From a virus (lineage: Duplodnaviria; Caudoviricetes), in IMG/VR virus record IMGVR_UViG_3300032237_001169, positions 44,842-108,841 of that record: 64,000 bases of DNA; one strand, written 5' to 3'. The position numbers were made by a program, and so were the translations under genes. Below are positions 30,531-39,904 of this stretch, piece after piece. The notes under the pieces are model-generated. The model made no database searches and was not told where the DNA came from. It saw nothing but the letters and a program-made list of their open reading frames with translations. Numbering within the stretch: position 1 is the first letter of the stretch; every line of letters begins with the position of its first letter.

Positions 30531-30820
30531 AAAGAAGAACATTTCTAAAAACAATTTTTCCTACAATATTTGCACCCAAATTAATTGTACCTGTATGGAA
30601 AACAATCAAACCCGTTCATTCGTTTGATAAATTTATATTTCCACAAATTAGTAGAGTATTTCCCACTCTTCTAGTCAATGAATTGGTTAGTGTTCAACCA
30701 ATGTCTATGCCATGTTCCCAAATATTTTATATGGATTTTGTAACAACTAGCAAAAGTGACGATGATTGCTTTCAACAATTATTTAAAAAATATGCTATAT
30801 TTGGTAAATTGGAGGCATGA
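30527..30820 (+). CDS. Mini-protein: RR-type N-terminus plus a gp23 major-capsid (Gol-region) fragment
   Basis: MKRRTFLK; FP.ISRVFPTLLVNELVSVQPMSMP.SQIFYMDF. Confidence 0.7.
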   Translation: MKRRTFLKTIFPTIFAPKLIVPVWKTIKPVHSFDKFIFPQISRVFPTLLVNELVSVQPMSMPCSQIFYMDFVTTSKSDDDCFQQLFKKYAIFGKLEA

Positions 30821-30821
30821 T

Positions 30822-31532
30822 ATGATAAATAAAATAAAAAAACTTCTAGGTCACAAGTTCGAAAACAGATACACTTGGGGAGAATTGTATACTGGTTTTA
30901 AATGTAGAGATTTGAGCTTTAGATATACCGGCGGTGGCATATACGGATGTGATATGCTCATTGTAAGTATTCCATTTTTATTTAAATCATATATCCATAC
31001 AAACAAAGAAAAGGAAAACGAATGGGATAGCAAAGAATGGAGCTATGGATTTTATGTTTATAGCTGGACGGAGGATGTTGTTTTTGAATGGGAACACAAT
31101 CGTCACAGATTTGAATTTCCATGGATGTTACAATGGCAAAAAACTGAAATTCTTGATTTTGACCACAATGTATTGAGCATCAGAACCAAAAAAGATAAAA
31201 ATATCTATACAAATGGTGGCAAATACGATCAGGAAGAAAAAATAAAAGAAAGTATTGAAAAACAATATGCTTACACTTATATTTTGAAAAGCGGCGAAAT
31301 TCAAAATTGCATAGCAACAATCAAATGCGTTGATAGAATGACTTGGGGATGGAAGTGGTTTCCGTGGAAGCGATTTGTTCGAACCAGTATTGATGTTCGC
31401 TTCAGTGAAGAGGTAGGTGAAAAAAGTGGCAGTTGGAAAGGTGGATGCACTGAATGTGGATATAATATGTTACCAAATGAAACAGCCGAACAATGTTTGC
31501 GAAGAATGGAACGTGAAAGAAAATTTAATTGA
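30822..31532 (+). CDS. Conserved Trp-rich phage protein
   Basis: IDVRFSEEVGE.SGSWKGGC...GY.M...ET..QCLRRME.ER.F. Confidence 0.7.
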   Translation: MINKIKKLLGHKFENRYTWGELYTGFKCRDLSFRYTGGGIYGCDMLIVSIPFLFKSYIHTNKEKENEWDSKEWSYGFYVYSWTEDVVFEWEHNRHRFEFPWMLQWQKTEILDFDHNVLSIRTKKDKNIYTNGGKYDQEEKIKESIEKQYAYTYILKSGEIQNCIATIKCVDRMTWGWKWFPWKRFVRTSIDVRFSEEVGEKSGSWKGGCTECGYNMLPNETAEQCLRRMERERKFN

Positions 31533-31534
31533 AT

Positions 31535-32245
31535 ATGAAAATATATTTATTTGATATTGATGGAACATTGACTCCTGCTCGCCAACCGATGACCAGTGAG
31601 TTCAAACAAATGTTTAGCAAGTGGTGTGAAAATAAAATTGTTTATCTTGTAACAGGCAGTGACTATGATAAAGTTAAAGAACAAGTAGATATAGATATTT
31701 TAAATAAAATAACAGGAGTATTTGGTTCAATGGGCAATGAATTGTATATAAGTGGAGAACTCAAATATTCAAATAACGACACAATACCACATGCTTGTAT
31801 TGAGTTTTTAAATCAAAAACTAAAGTCAACATCATATCCATATGAACGTGGTATAATAAATTTTGAACATCGTATTGGAATGTTAAATTTTAGCGTGGTT
31901 GGTAGAGGTATTTCATTAGAAACAAGAAAAAAATATTTTGAATGGGATAGTGTTGCAAAAGAAAGACAACATATCGCAGATGAATTTAACAAATTGTTTC
32001 CAGAATATGAAGCAAAACTCGGAGGACAAATTAGTCTTGATATACAACGAGTTGGAAAAAACAAAGCGCAAGTAGTGGATTATCTACAAAAACAGTATAA
32101 CAATTTTTATTTTGTGTTTACTGGTGATAGAACGATGCCGGGAGGAAATGATTATGATTTGGCACATAAAATCATCACAAACTCAATAGGAGTTGTAAAT
32201 CAAGTTGAAAATCAAAATGATGTGTTGAAACTATTGTATATTTAA
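31535..32245 (+). CDS. HAD-IIB phosphomannomutase (eukaryote-type PMM)
   Basis: LFDIDGTLTPAR, VTGSD, E.R.GMLNFS.VGR, GGQIS.D, GD....GGNDY. Confidence 0.9.
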   Translation: MKIYLFDIDGTLTPARQPMTSEFKQMFSKWCENKIVYLVTGSDYDKVKEQVDIDILNKITGVFGSMGNELYISGELKYSNNDTIPHACIEFLNQKLKSTSYPYERGIINFEHRIGMLNFSVVGRGISLETRKKYFEWDSVAKERQHIADEFNKLFPEYEAKLGGQISLDIQRVGKNKAQVVDYLQKQYNNFYFVFTGDRTMPGGNDYDLAHKIITNSIGVVNQVENQNDVLKLLYI

Positions 32246-32268
32246 ATGGTTGTGTAATAAAAAAATAT

Positions 32269-32586
32269 ATGAATAAACCGGAAAAACAAAATCTATTATA
32301 TAATAATTATCATTCTGTAGAAAAGTATTTGTTAGATAATAAAATTTGGACAAATAATTTAGCAGATTATTTCTGGAAATCTTTATGCAATGAAGGAAAA
32401 ATTAGAAACGGCACTCCATTTAACATATCTGATTGGGAGCTAAAACATGAAAATGGAAAATTTTCATATCTAGTTGATAAAAAGAAACGCATAGCAATAG
32501 AAAGTTTGCTGGCCCATTTTGGAGAATCTGACAAAAATTGTCTTGATTCTAATGTATTGACGGCGACATTCATCGTGACTTGGTAA
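32269..32586 (+). CDS. Hypothetical protein
   Basis: ORF. Confidence 0.55.
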   Translation: MNKPEKQNLLYNNYHSVEKYLLDNKIWTNNLADYFWKSLCNEGKIRNGTPFNISDWELKHENGKFSYLVDKKKRIAIESLLAHFGESDKNCLDSNVLTATFIVTW

Positions 32587-32607
32587 AAAAATTTTCTGAA
32601 AAAGGCG

Positions 32608-32636
32608 TTGACATTCTCAACGGCATCGTCTAAAGT
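32608..32636 (+). promoter_or_regulatory. Sigma70-like promoter
   Basis: TTGACA-N17-TAAAGT. Confidence 0.75.
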
Positions 32637-32648
32637 ATCTCCACAATT

Positions 32649-32754
32649 GAGATGCATACAGCAATAAAACTCCTTGTCATGGAAAAAAATGCATCTCGTA
32701 TTTGAAAAAATTTCGATACTCACAGCAGATAAAATTTAACAAAAACAACGTATC
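32649..32754 (+). ncRNA. Two tandem stem-loops sharing ACAGCA in the leader
   Basis: GAGATGCAT-ACAGCA...ATGCATCTC and GATAC-TC-ACAGCA...GTATC. Confidence 0.55.
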
Positions 32755-32765
32755 TAGTAAAACAT

Positions 32766-33167
32766 ATGAATAAGACCAAGAATACCTATAATAAGCCAAA
32801 CATGACCAATCCTCTTGTTGCCGGTATGGCTGCGGCAGCTAATGTAGCATTCACTGGTAATGGTGCCAAGAGCAATGCATCGTCTCTCGACGCTTGTGTT
32901 GACTTTTTCGGCAAGGGTGCCGCTATGCGATCACAAAGTGATGCTGCCGTAATTGATCTTTTCAGCAAGTCTTTCTATCAGGATCGTCTTGTTGCTCTAA
33001 AGACGTTATTTTATATTCGCGATGTCCGTGAAGGGCAAGGTTGCCGACGTGAATTTAGAATTTGCATGAAATGGCTTGCAGAAAATTATCCAGATATTTT
33101 TCTTAAAAACATCAAAAATATTCCAGAATTCGGTCGTTACGACGATTTATTTTGTATTTTTGAATAA
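32766..33167 (+). CDS. DUF2828 (TROVE/vWA-like) N-terminal half
   Basis: T.NGA....SSLD..VDFF, RDVR.GQG, IPEFGRYDDL. Confidence 0.85.
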   Translation: MNKTKNTYNKPNMTNPLVAGMAAAANVAFTGNGAKSNASSLDACVDFFGKGAAMRSQSDAAVIDLFSKSFYQDRLVALKTLFYIRDVREGQGCRREFRICMKWLAENYPDIFLKNIKNIPEFGRYDDLFCIFE

Positions 33168-33215
33168 TTTCTTCTACGTTTTATTCATCTACTAACTATT
33201 TATATATACCATATT

Positions 33216-33359
33216 ATGGGAAGAAAAAAATTAAATAGGACTGAAGATGAACTCAAACAAATGCGAAGAATTAGACAAAAACGATATTACGAGCGAAATA
33301 AAGAAAAAAGAAATCTCGCAAGAATGCAATATTATTGGAAACAAAAAGAAAAGACATAA
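33216..33359 (+). CDS. Small basic peptide preceding the HEG
   Basis: MGRKKLNRTEDELKQMRRIRQKRYYERNKE... Confidence 0.5.
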   Translation: MGRKKLNRTEDELKQMRRIRQKRYYERNKEKRNLARMQYYWKQKEKT

Positions 33360-34098
33360 AAAAGAAACCGACTATTTTAGAATTTGTATAAAATGCAACA
33401 AAAACGTCTTTTATTCAAATAAAGGCAATTTAATTAATGCTTTAAAAGAAAAAAGACAAATGTGTTCTTCGTGTAGTAAAACAGTACATGATAAACATAA
33501 AATATATAGTAACCAATGTAAACAATGTAAAAATACAATTGTTTATTCTTGTTATACAACCTATTATAGAAATAAAAAAACTAATCCAGTTTGTAAAAAA
33601 TGTGCAATAACAAAATTCAATGAATCCAGAGGAACTTATAAAAGAAACTGTCCTACTTGTAATATTGTTATAATACACAAAACTAAATCAATAGCAAATA
33701 AAGCAATAAAAAAGAAAAGATTGTGTTTATCTTGTTCTATTTCTAAAAAAAATAGAATACGACATATTCAATATAGAAAAACACACGGAAGAGTTATAGT
33801 TCCGTGTTTCAATCATAATGCATGTTTATATTTCGGTGAGTTGAATATCCAAAATAATTGGAAATTGATACATGCAAAAAATGGAGGAGAGTTTCATATA
33901 AAAGAACTTGGATTTTATATTGATGCTTATGATAAAGAAAAAAATATTGTGGTTGAATACGATGAACCACATCATTACGATAGATATGGAAACTTAAGAA
34001 AAAAAGATGTTGACAGAATGAATGAAATTCAGCATCATTTGCAATGTGAATTCTGGCGATATAACGAGAAAACAAAAACACTAAAACGATATAAATAA
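33247..34098 (+). mobile_element. Homing endonuclease, zinc ribbons plus Vsr/EDxHD-like nuclease (start uncertain)
   Basis: Repeated CxxC; IDAYDKEKNIVVEYDEPHH. Confidence 0.8.
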
Positions 34099-34099
34099 T

Positions 34100-35218
34100 A
34101 TGATCAATCAAAATGTTAAAGACGAGGTAATTAATTTTATTGCGGCCCAACTTAAAAAGGATAGTGAAGGCGCAATTGAAAATAAAAAAATTAGCCTTTT
34201 GGCAAAGTGGATGCCATCCATTAATACTTCAAGCAAACAAAAAGTTGCACTCGCTTATAAATTTGCAAAGGCACTTGGTGTAACTCCAAAGCAGTATCGT
34301 CAGGCTATTGCTGCTTTGCGTAAGCATATTGACGTATTGGAAATCAAGCTGAGTGCTGGTAAGTTCAACGAAATCGACTATGAAAAGGTTCCAAGCAAGG
34401 CCAGCTTGCTTTACCGTAAGGCTTTCAACAAGCGCGATGGTGAACGCTATCGTAGCTATTTGAGCGCAGTCGAAAAGGGTGAAGCTAAGATTAATGCTAG
34501 TGTTCTTTATCCATACGAAATCATTCGTCCAATTGAAGAAGGTCGTGAAAACGATCCTACTGCATTGAAGACTCTTGATTTGCAGTGGAAGAATCAGCCA
34601 AATTGGCTTGCTGATAATCCTCATATGGGATTGGTCGTTTGTGATACCTCTGGTAGCATGAGTGGTCAGCCTATTTTGGTGAGTGTCAGCCTTGCAATTT
34701 ATTTTGCAGAGCGCAATGTTGGTCCGTTTAAGGATACTTTCATCACTTTTAGTAACACTCCTAGCTTGCAACAGATTATGGGCCAAACCATTGCTGAGAA
34801 GGTTCGTGGACTTAGCCGTTCCGGTTGGTCTTACAACACCGATTTGCAAGCAGCGTTCGATCTTATCTTGAGCACCGCAATTCAGAATAAGATTGCTCAG
34901 AAGGATATGCCAAATGCACTTTATATCATCAGTGATATGGCAATAGATGTTGGTAACTCAACAAATAGTATGACGAATTTTGAGCTTATCAAGCAAAAGT
35001 ATAAAAATGCTGGATACGAACTACCAAAACTTATTTGGTGGAATGTAAATGCCACCGGAAGTGATAGTCCAGTCACAATTAATGATCAGGGTACATGTCT
35101 AGTCAGTGGTTGTTCTCCTAGCATTCTAAAAAGTGTTTTGAGTGCTAAAACATTTACTCCTGTTGATGTAATGCTAGAAACTGTAAATAAACCACGATAT
35201 GATATAATTAAAATGTGA
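34100..35218 (+). CDS. DUF2828/DUF7788-like C-terminal half (vWA)
   Basis: SLLAKWMP, IDYEKVPS, LYPYE, DTSGSM, FITFS, NTDL, ISDM, WNV, VSG.SP. Confidence 0.9.
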   Translation: MINQNVKDEVINFIAAQLKKDSEGAIENKKISLLAKWMPSINTSSKQKVALAYKFAKALGVTPKQYRQAIAALRKHIDVLEIKLSAGKFNEIDYEKVPSKASLLYRKAFNKRDGERYRSYLSAVEKGEAKINASVLYPYEIIRPIEEGRENDPTALKTLDLQWKNQPNWLADNPHMGLVVCDTSGSMSGQPILVSVSLAIYFAERNVGPFKDTFITFSNTPSLQQIMGQTIAEKVRGLSRSGWSYNTDLQAAFDLILSTAIQNKIAQKDMPNALYIISDMAIDVGNSTNSMTNFELIKQKYKNAGYELPKLIWWNVNATGSDSPVTINDQGTCLVSGCSPSILKSVLSAKTFTPVDVMLETVNKPRYDIIKM

Positions 35219-35249
35219 TTTTTAATATCAGTCACAATATATATTGTAT

Positions 35250-36014
35250 ATGACATATACAAGAAAATGTGACAGATGTGATAATATCATAGAATATACA
35301 AATTCCGGTTCTTTTTACAGAGCAAAGCGTAAAAATACGCTTTGCTCCTTTTGTTTTAAAACAAATAGAAAAACTAATAAAACTCAAAAAATATTTACTA
35401 GAAAATGTCCTAAATGTAATACTGTATTAGCATATAAATCTTATCACTCGCATTGGTGGTCAATAAAACATAATTTGTTATGTAGATCATGTAGCAAAGT
35501 AGGAAAATCTATGCCTGCTGGATTTTCAGAAAAATTATCGGCAATATTTAGTGGAAAGGATAATCCAATGTATGGAAAAAAACATACCGATAAAACCAAA
35601 GAAATAATTTCCATAAAAAATAAAGGTAACAAATCTCGACTTGGACAACCTCATAATTCAATTTCAATAGAAAAACAAAGAATTTCAGCGGCAAATAGAA
35701 TAAAACAATATGGTAGTAAATCAAGAAATTTTAACAAATCTGCGTGTAATTTTATTGACGAGTATAATAAAATAAACAATATAAAATTAATACACGCATT
35801 GAATGGGGGAGAATACTCATATAAAGGATTTTTTGCAGATGGATATGATGCGACCAACAATATATGGTTTGAATACGATGAACCAACTCATTATTCAATA
35901 GATAGAATATCTCTAAAAGATAAAGATATTAAAAGAATGAACATAATAAAAGAAGGACTAAAATGTAAATTTATTAGATATAATGAACGGTTAAAAACTA
36001 TAAAGGAATACTAA
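35250..36014 (+). mobile_element. Homing endonuclease, zinc ribbons plus NUMOD3 plus Vsr-like nuclease
   Basis: CxxC repeats, NPMYGKKHT, ADGYD..NNIWFEYDEP.H. Confidence 0.8.
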
Positions 36015-36037
36015 TAACGAAATACATAGATTAACAC

Positions 36038-36069
36038 AAAAACCTCTGATAGAAATATCGGAGGTTTTT
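36038..36069 (+). terminator. Intrinsic terminator
   Basis: aaaacctctgata-gaaa-tatcggaggttttt. Confidence 0.8.
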
Positions 36070-36151
36070 ATTATACATTTTTTTATAGAAAAATAATAAT
36101 TTTGAAAGTAATAATTATATTTATACTTGTTAAAAATAACTATTAAATCTT

Positions 36152-36445
36152 ATGGGTGACGAACTTGCAGAACAACTACAAAAAGAATGGAGAGAACAAG
36201 TGCTTCAACGTCTTAATAATTTAGCTGATGGGCAAGAACGTTTAAATCAAAAAATTTCAAGTTTTGAGACCACGTTTGCAAGAGAATCGCGCCTTGAAAA
36301 AATCATCACCGATCAACAATTGATCAATCATAGCTTACAGGAACGAGTACATAAACTCGAAAATGTATATATGAAAGCAATTGGTGCTGGATTTGTTATT
36401 CAAATTGTATTTGGTATTGTAATTGCTTTTTTAACCCATAAATAA
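36152..36445 (+). CDS. Coiled-coil protein with a C-terminal TM helix (holin/XhlA-like)
   Basis: Coiled coil followed by AIGAGFVIQIVFGIVIAFL. Confidence 0.6.
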   Translation: MGDELAEQLQKEWREQVLQRLNNLADGQERLNQKISSFETTFARESRLEKIITDQQLINHSLQERVHKLENVYMKAIGAGFVIQIVFGIVIAFLTHK

Positions 36446-36449
36446 ACAA

Positions 36450-37403
36450 TTAAGTCCATTTTTGATCTTTTAGTATATCTTTAATACAATCTTTGTCTTT
36501 TTGATCCATTACGCGATCCAATTCTTCTAATACTTCACCTAATGTGCATTGTTTGTTGCCCGCTTCGCACTTTAATTTTAATGTTTCAATAGTATCTACA
36601 ACCTTATCCAAGGTTTGTTTGTATTTAATGTGTTCATCAAAATGAACCAGATTGCTAATTTCTACGGCTTTTGGTGTCAATCCCTTGATTAATTGCAAGA
36701 TACCGCTTCCGATAACGTTAAATACACTAAATACTGCTGCGGCAATAGGATTGGTTGCACTTGCAATGCGTAATAGTAAGAAAACTACAACGAAAATTAA
36801 TATTGCTGTAAGACTAGTAAATACAAATCGTTTTAATCCCCACCATACAGCATTTAGTCCAAAATTGCCACTCATATCATTTACAGTGGCTTGAGCATTA
36901 TCACCTGTTCTTGCAATGTCTTTAGATTTAGCGATTAAATCGCCAATTTGGTGCTCATATTTGGTTTTGAGTTCATTGTTGAGTGCTTGTAGCTCTTTTA
37001 CTTCATCATCTTTATTAGCTAATAATTTTTGCCCCTTTACTTTTTCTTTTGCCACTTCACTATTTAACAAATCTACAATTTGAACAATTTTATTCATTTC
37101 ATCCAACTGTGGACTGCCAACAATACTCATAATACGACCATTTAACTTTAATGCTGTGGCAATTGGTGGCGTAATATTGGTAACTTGATTCAATGAATAA
37201 TTAACACCATAACTAAATGTTGCCGCCTGATCCAATTTATCTTGTTCGGTTTTGGCTATATCCGTTTTTGTAGTTTCACTCTTTTGAACTACCTTTTCCA
37301 ATTTATCCTGATTTTTGGTATTTTGTTTTGTATTTGGTGAAAATAATGCACATCCACTTGCAAATACAAGCAATGCGAGAAAGTAAGCGTAGAATTTTTT
37401 CAT
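36450..37403 (-). CDS. Lipoprotein with coiled coil and C-terminal TM segments
   Basis: Likely start MKKFYAYFLALLVFASGC (lipobox); TM FVFTSLTAILIFVVVFLLL. Confidence 0.7.
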   Translation of the reverse strand: MKKFYAYFLALLVFASGCALFSPNTKQNTKNQDKLEKVVQKSETTKTDIAKTEQDKLDQAATFSYGVNYSLNQVTNITPPIATALKLNGRIMSIVGSPQLDEMNKIVQIVDLLNSEVAKEKVKGQKLLANKDDEVKELQALNNELKTKYEHQIGDLIAKSKDIARTGDNAQATVNDMSGNFGLNAVWWGLKRFVFTSLTAILIFVVVFLLLRIASATNPIAAAVFSVFNVIGSGILQLIKGLTPKAVEISNLVHFDEHIKYKQTLDKVVDTIETLKLKCEAGNKQCTLGEVLEELDRVMDQKDKDCIKDILKDQKWT

Positions 37404-37493
37404 ATAAACCTTTTTTATAAATAGCAAATAAAATATATAAATCAAAAAATTAAAACCCATTGACAAGTTGCCGCTTTCTGATAGCATGCCCGT

Positions 37494-38142
37494 ATGAAAG
37501 ATGTAACTGGCAAAGAAATTTCCCTTGGAGACAAAATTGTATTTATGTATCGTTACAATCACAGTAGCGAAATGCGTACTGGCGTAGTAATTGGATTTAG
37601 TCCAAAAATGGTTCGTATCGAATATCAAAATAAATGGAATCCGCTTGAAATTGAAAAATCTTCATACTCTCCACATAATATTGTCATTACCGATAAAGTT
37701 ACTCAGCCATGAAAGATTTTACTGACAGAGAAATTAAGTTGGGCGATACTGTTCTTTTTTATTCAGTTGGATTTAAAAGTATGTATCGTGGACGTGTATA
37801 TAATATTGGAGAAAAAATGGTCTGTGTGGAATATAATCCATACAATTCAGATCCATTAAACGTTGATAAATACAAAGTATATCCAAAACAATGCGTTGTA
37901 TTGGAAAGTGAAGATCCAGTTACACTAACAAAAATTTCAAGAATACTATGAATATTAATACGGAAAAACTAGCTAAAGTAATTGCACTAATAGAAAAAAC
38001 CGCCGAATACAAAGCGGCGATTGACGCCGAAGATTTTAATGCATATGATTATTCGGGCGGCAATTTTGATGACGCACATAGTCAAGGAATGCACGACGGA
38101 GAAATTCTTTTTGCCAGAGAATTAAAGGCATTATTGGAATAA
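37494..38142 (+). CDS. Three small proteins; 37494-37712 and 37709-37951 are paralogs
   Basis: MKD.T..EI.LGD..; promoter TTGACA-N16-TAGCAT at 37460. Confidence 0.7.
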
Positions 38143-38145
38143 TAT

Positions 38146-38739
38146 ATGTTACCACTATCTTTTTACGAAAGTGAGCAATTTGTAAAATTGCGAAACGAAT
38201 TGATTGCACGATACAATGAACCGCATCGTTACTATCACAATATTTTTCACATTAATGACATGCTTAATATTGCAATGGGTTGCCGCCCATCAAATAGTGG
38301 AGTAGTCAATTTGATTATTTGGTATCATGATGCAATTTATGATCCACAACGCAAAGATAATGAAGAAAAGAGTGCAGAACTTGCAATCAATCAATTGAAA
38401 GATTATCTTTCTACTGAAGATGTAGATTATGTTGCTAGTGGAATTTTGTTGACTAAGCATCAGTTTAGTAGCAATCTACTTACGGCTGACATGTCAGTTG
38501 TTATTGATTCAGATTTGTATATTTTGAGCCACGATTGGTGTTATACAGCATATGCCCGTGCTATTCGTAAAGAATATGCATATTTGAATGATGCTGAATA
38601 TATTGCTGGTCGCAAACAGTTTTTGGAAAAGATGTTGCTTAAAAATGCTTATTATGGCATTTTGCATGCTAGAAATTCCAAAGCAAAGAAAAATATGCAA
38701 ATGGAACTTGAGTATCTAAATAAAGATGTTTTGCTATGA
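38146..38739 (+). CDS. HD-superfamily phosphohydrolase (COG4339-like)
   Basis: Y.EPHRYYH...HI, WYHDAIYD...DNEEKSA, D.DL.IL, IRKEY, GRK.FL. Confidence 0.85.
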   Translation: MLPLSFYESEQFVKLRNELIARYNEPHRYYHNIFHINDMLNIAMGCRPSNSGVVNLIIWYHDAIYDPQRKDNEEKSAELAINQLKDYLSTEDVDYVASGILLTKHQFSSNLLTADMSVVIDSDLYILSHDWCYTAYARAIRKEYAYLNDAEYIAGRKQFLEKMLLKNAYYGILHARNSKAKKNMQMELEYLNKDVLL

Positions 38740-39866
38740 GCACAAATAAAACTGCAATTTTTGCCGCTTCGTGTGACCCAGTTACATACGGTCATATTGA
38801 TATTATTGATCGTGTAAGTAATACATTTGATAAAGTTATTGTTGCTATTGGTGTAAATGCAAGCAAGAAATATACTTTTAGTGTTGAAGAACGTATTAAG
38901 TTTATCAAGAAATCTGTAAAACAACCAAATAAGGTTGAAGTAACTAGTTTTAAAGGATTGCTTGCCGACTTTGCTTATCAGCAAAATGTAAAAACCATTA
39001 TCAAAGGTGTTCGTAGCAATCAAGATTTTGATTATGAACGATTGCTGCATGAAGTGAGTGTTACACAACAGGCAGGTATTGACACTCATATTTTGATTGC
39101 CGATCAAAAATTAAGTCATGTAAGTAGCAGTGCCGCAAAAGAATTGTGCAAGCACCAAGGATTGGTTCACGAATATGTTCCTTATTGCGTTAAAGCAGCA
39201 TTGGAACACGAAATCAACAATCAATTTATTCTTGGAATCACCGGTTCAATTGGCATGGGCAAGAGTTATGTAACTCAACAACTGATTGAACATTTTTCCA
39301 AACAAATGCAAGTTTTGCATGTGGATTTGGATGCTATCGCACATGAATTGTATGTGCGAACCGAACCTGTTTATGTTGAATTTCAAAACAATGTAAAAGA
39401 TACATTTGGTCTGAATGTAGAAGATTCAACCGAAATGCGTAAAAAACTTGGAAATATTGTTTTCAATGATAAAAATGAATTGAAGAAACTAAACGACCTT
39501 GCACGGCAACCATTGCTTACATTGATGCGTCAAAAAATGTATGGTTTTCAAGGATTGATTTTGTTGAATGGTGCATTGTTGGTTGAAGCAAATTTTCTTC
39601 CATTATGCAACAATAATGTTGTAGTGGTAAATACAGGTATTACTGAACAAATTCAAAATCTAAAAAATCGAGGATTGACAATTCAACAAATTCAGCGTCG
39701 TATCAATTGCCAACTGAATAACAATCAAAAAATTGATATTATCAACGAATCTATATTGATCAATCGTTATGGAACCTGCATTCCATATAACAATAGCAAA
39801 AATAACCCGGCAGATAAATTTAAGTCTTTGACCGATCAAGTATCAGCCGCAATGTATTTGCGATAA
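38736..39866 (+). CDS. coaD-coaE: Bifunctional phosphopantetheine adenylyltransferase / dephospho-CoA kinase
   Basis: S.DPVTYGHIDII.R, KG.RS..DFDYE, SSS..KE; GITGSIGMGKS, D.D.IAH, R.KLG.IVF. Confidence 0.85.
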   Translation: MSTNKTAIFAASCDPVTYGHIDIIDRVSNTFDKVIVAIGVNASKKYTFSVEERIKFIKKSVKQPNKVEVTSFKGLLADFAYQQNVKTIIKGVRSNQDFDYERLLHEVSVTQQAGIDTHILIADQKLSHVSSSAAKELCKHQGLVHEYVPYCVKAALEHEINNQFILGITGSIGMGKSYVTQQLIEHFSKQMQVLHVDLDAIAHELYVRTEPVYVEFQNNVKDTFGLNVEDSTEMRKKLGNIVFNDKNELKKLNDLARQPLLTLMRQKMYGFQGLILLNGALLVEANFLPLCNNNVVVVNTGITEQIQNLKNRGLTIQQIQRRINCQLNNNQKIDIINESILINRYGTCIPYNNSKNNPADKFKSLTDQVSAAMYLR

Positions 39867-39904
39867 AGAGTTGACTTATAGAAACGCCGGTGTATAGTAG
39901 ACGA

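Noticed and set aside
30527-30820. Functional major capsid gene
   Set aside because: Only about 36 aa resemble gp23 and the flanking frames show no further capsid similarity.
33168-34099. Group I intron in DUF2828
   Set aside because: The insert is nearly all ORF, with no room for or sign of a catalytic core; both halves have their own stop and start.
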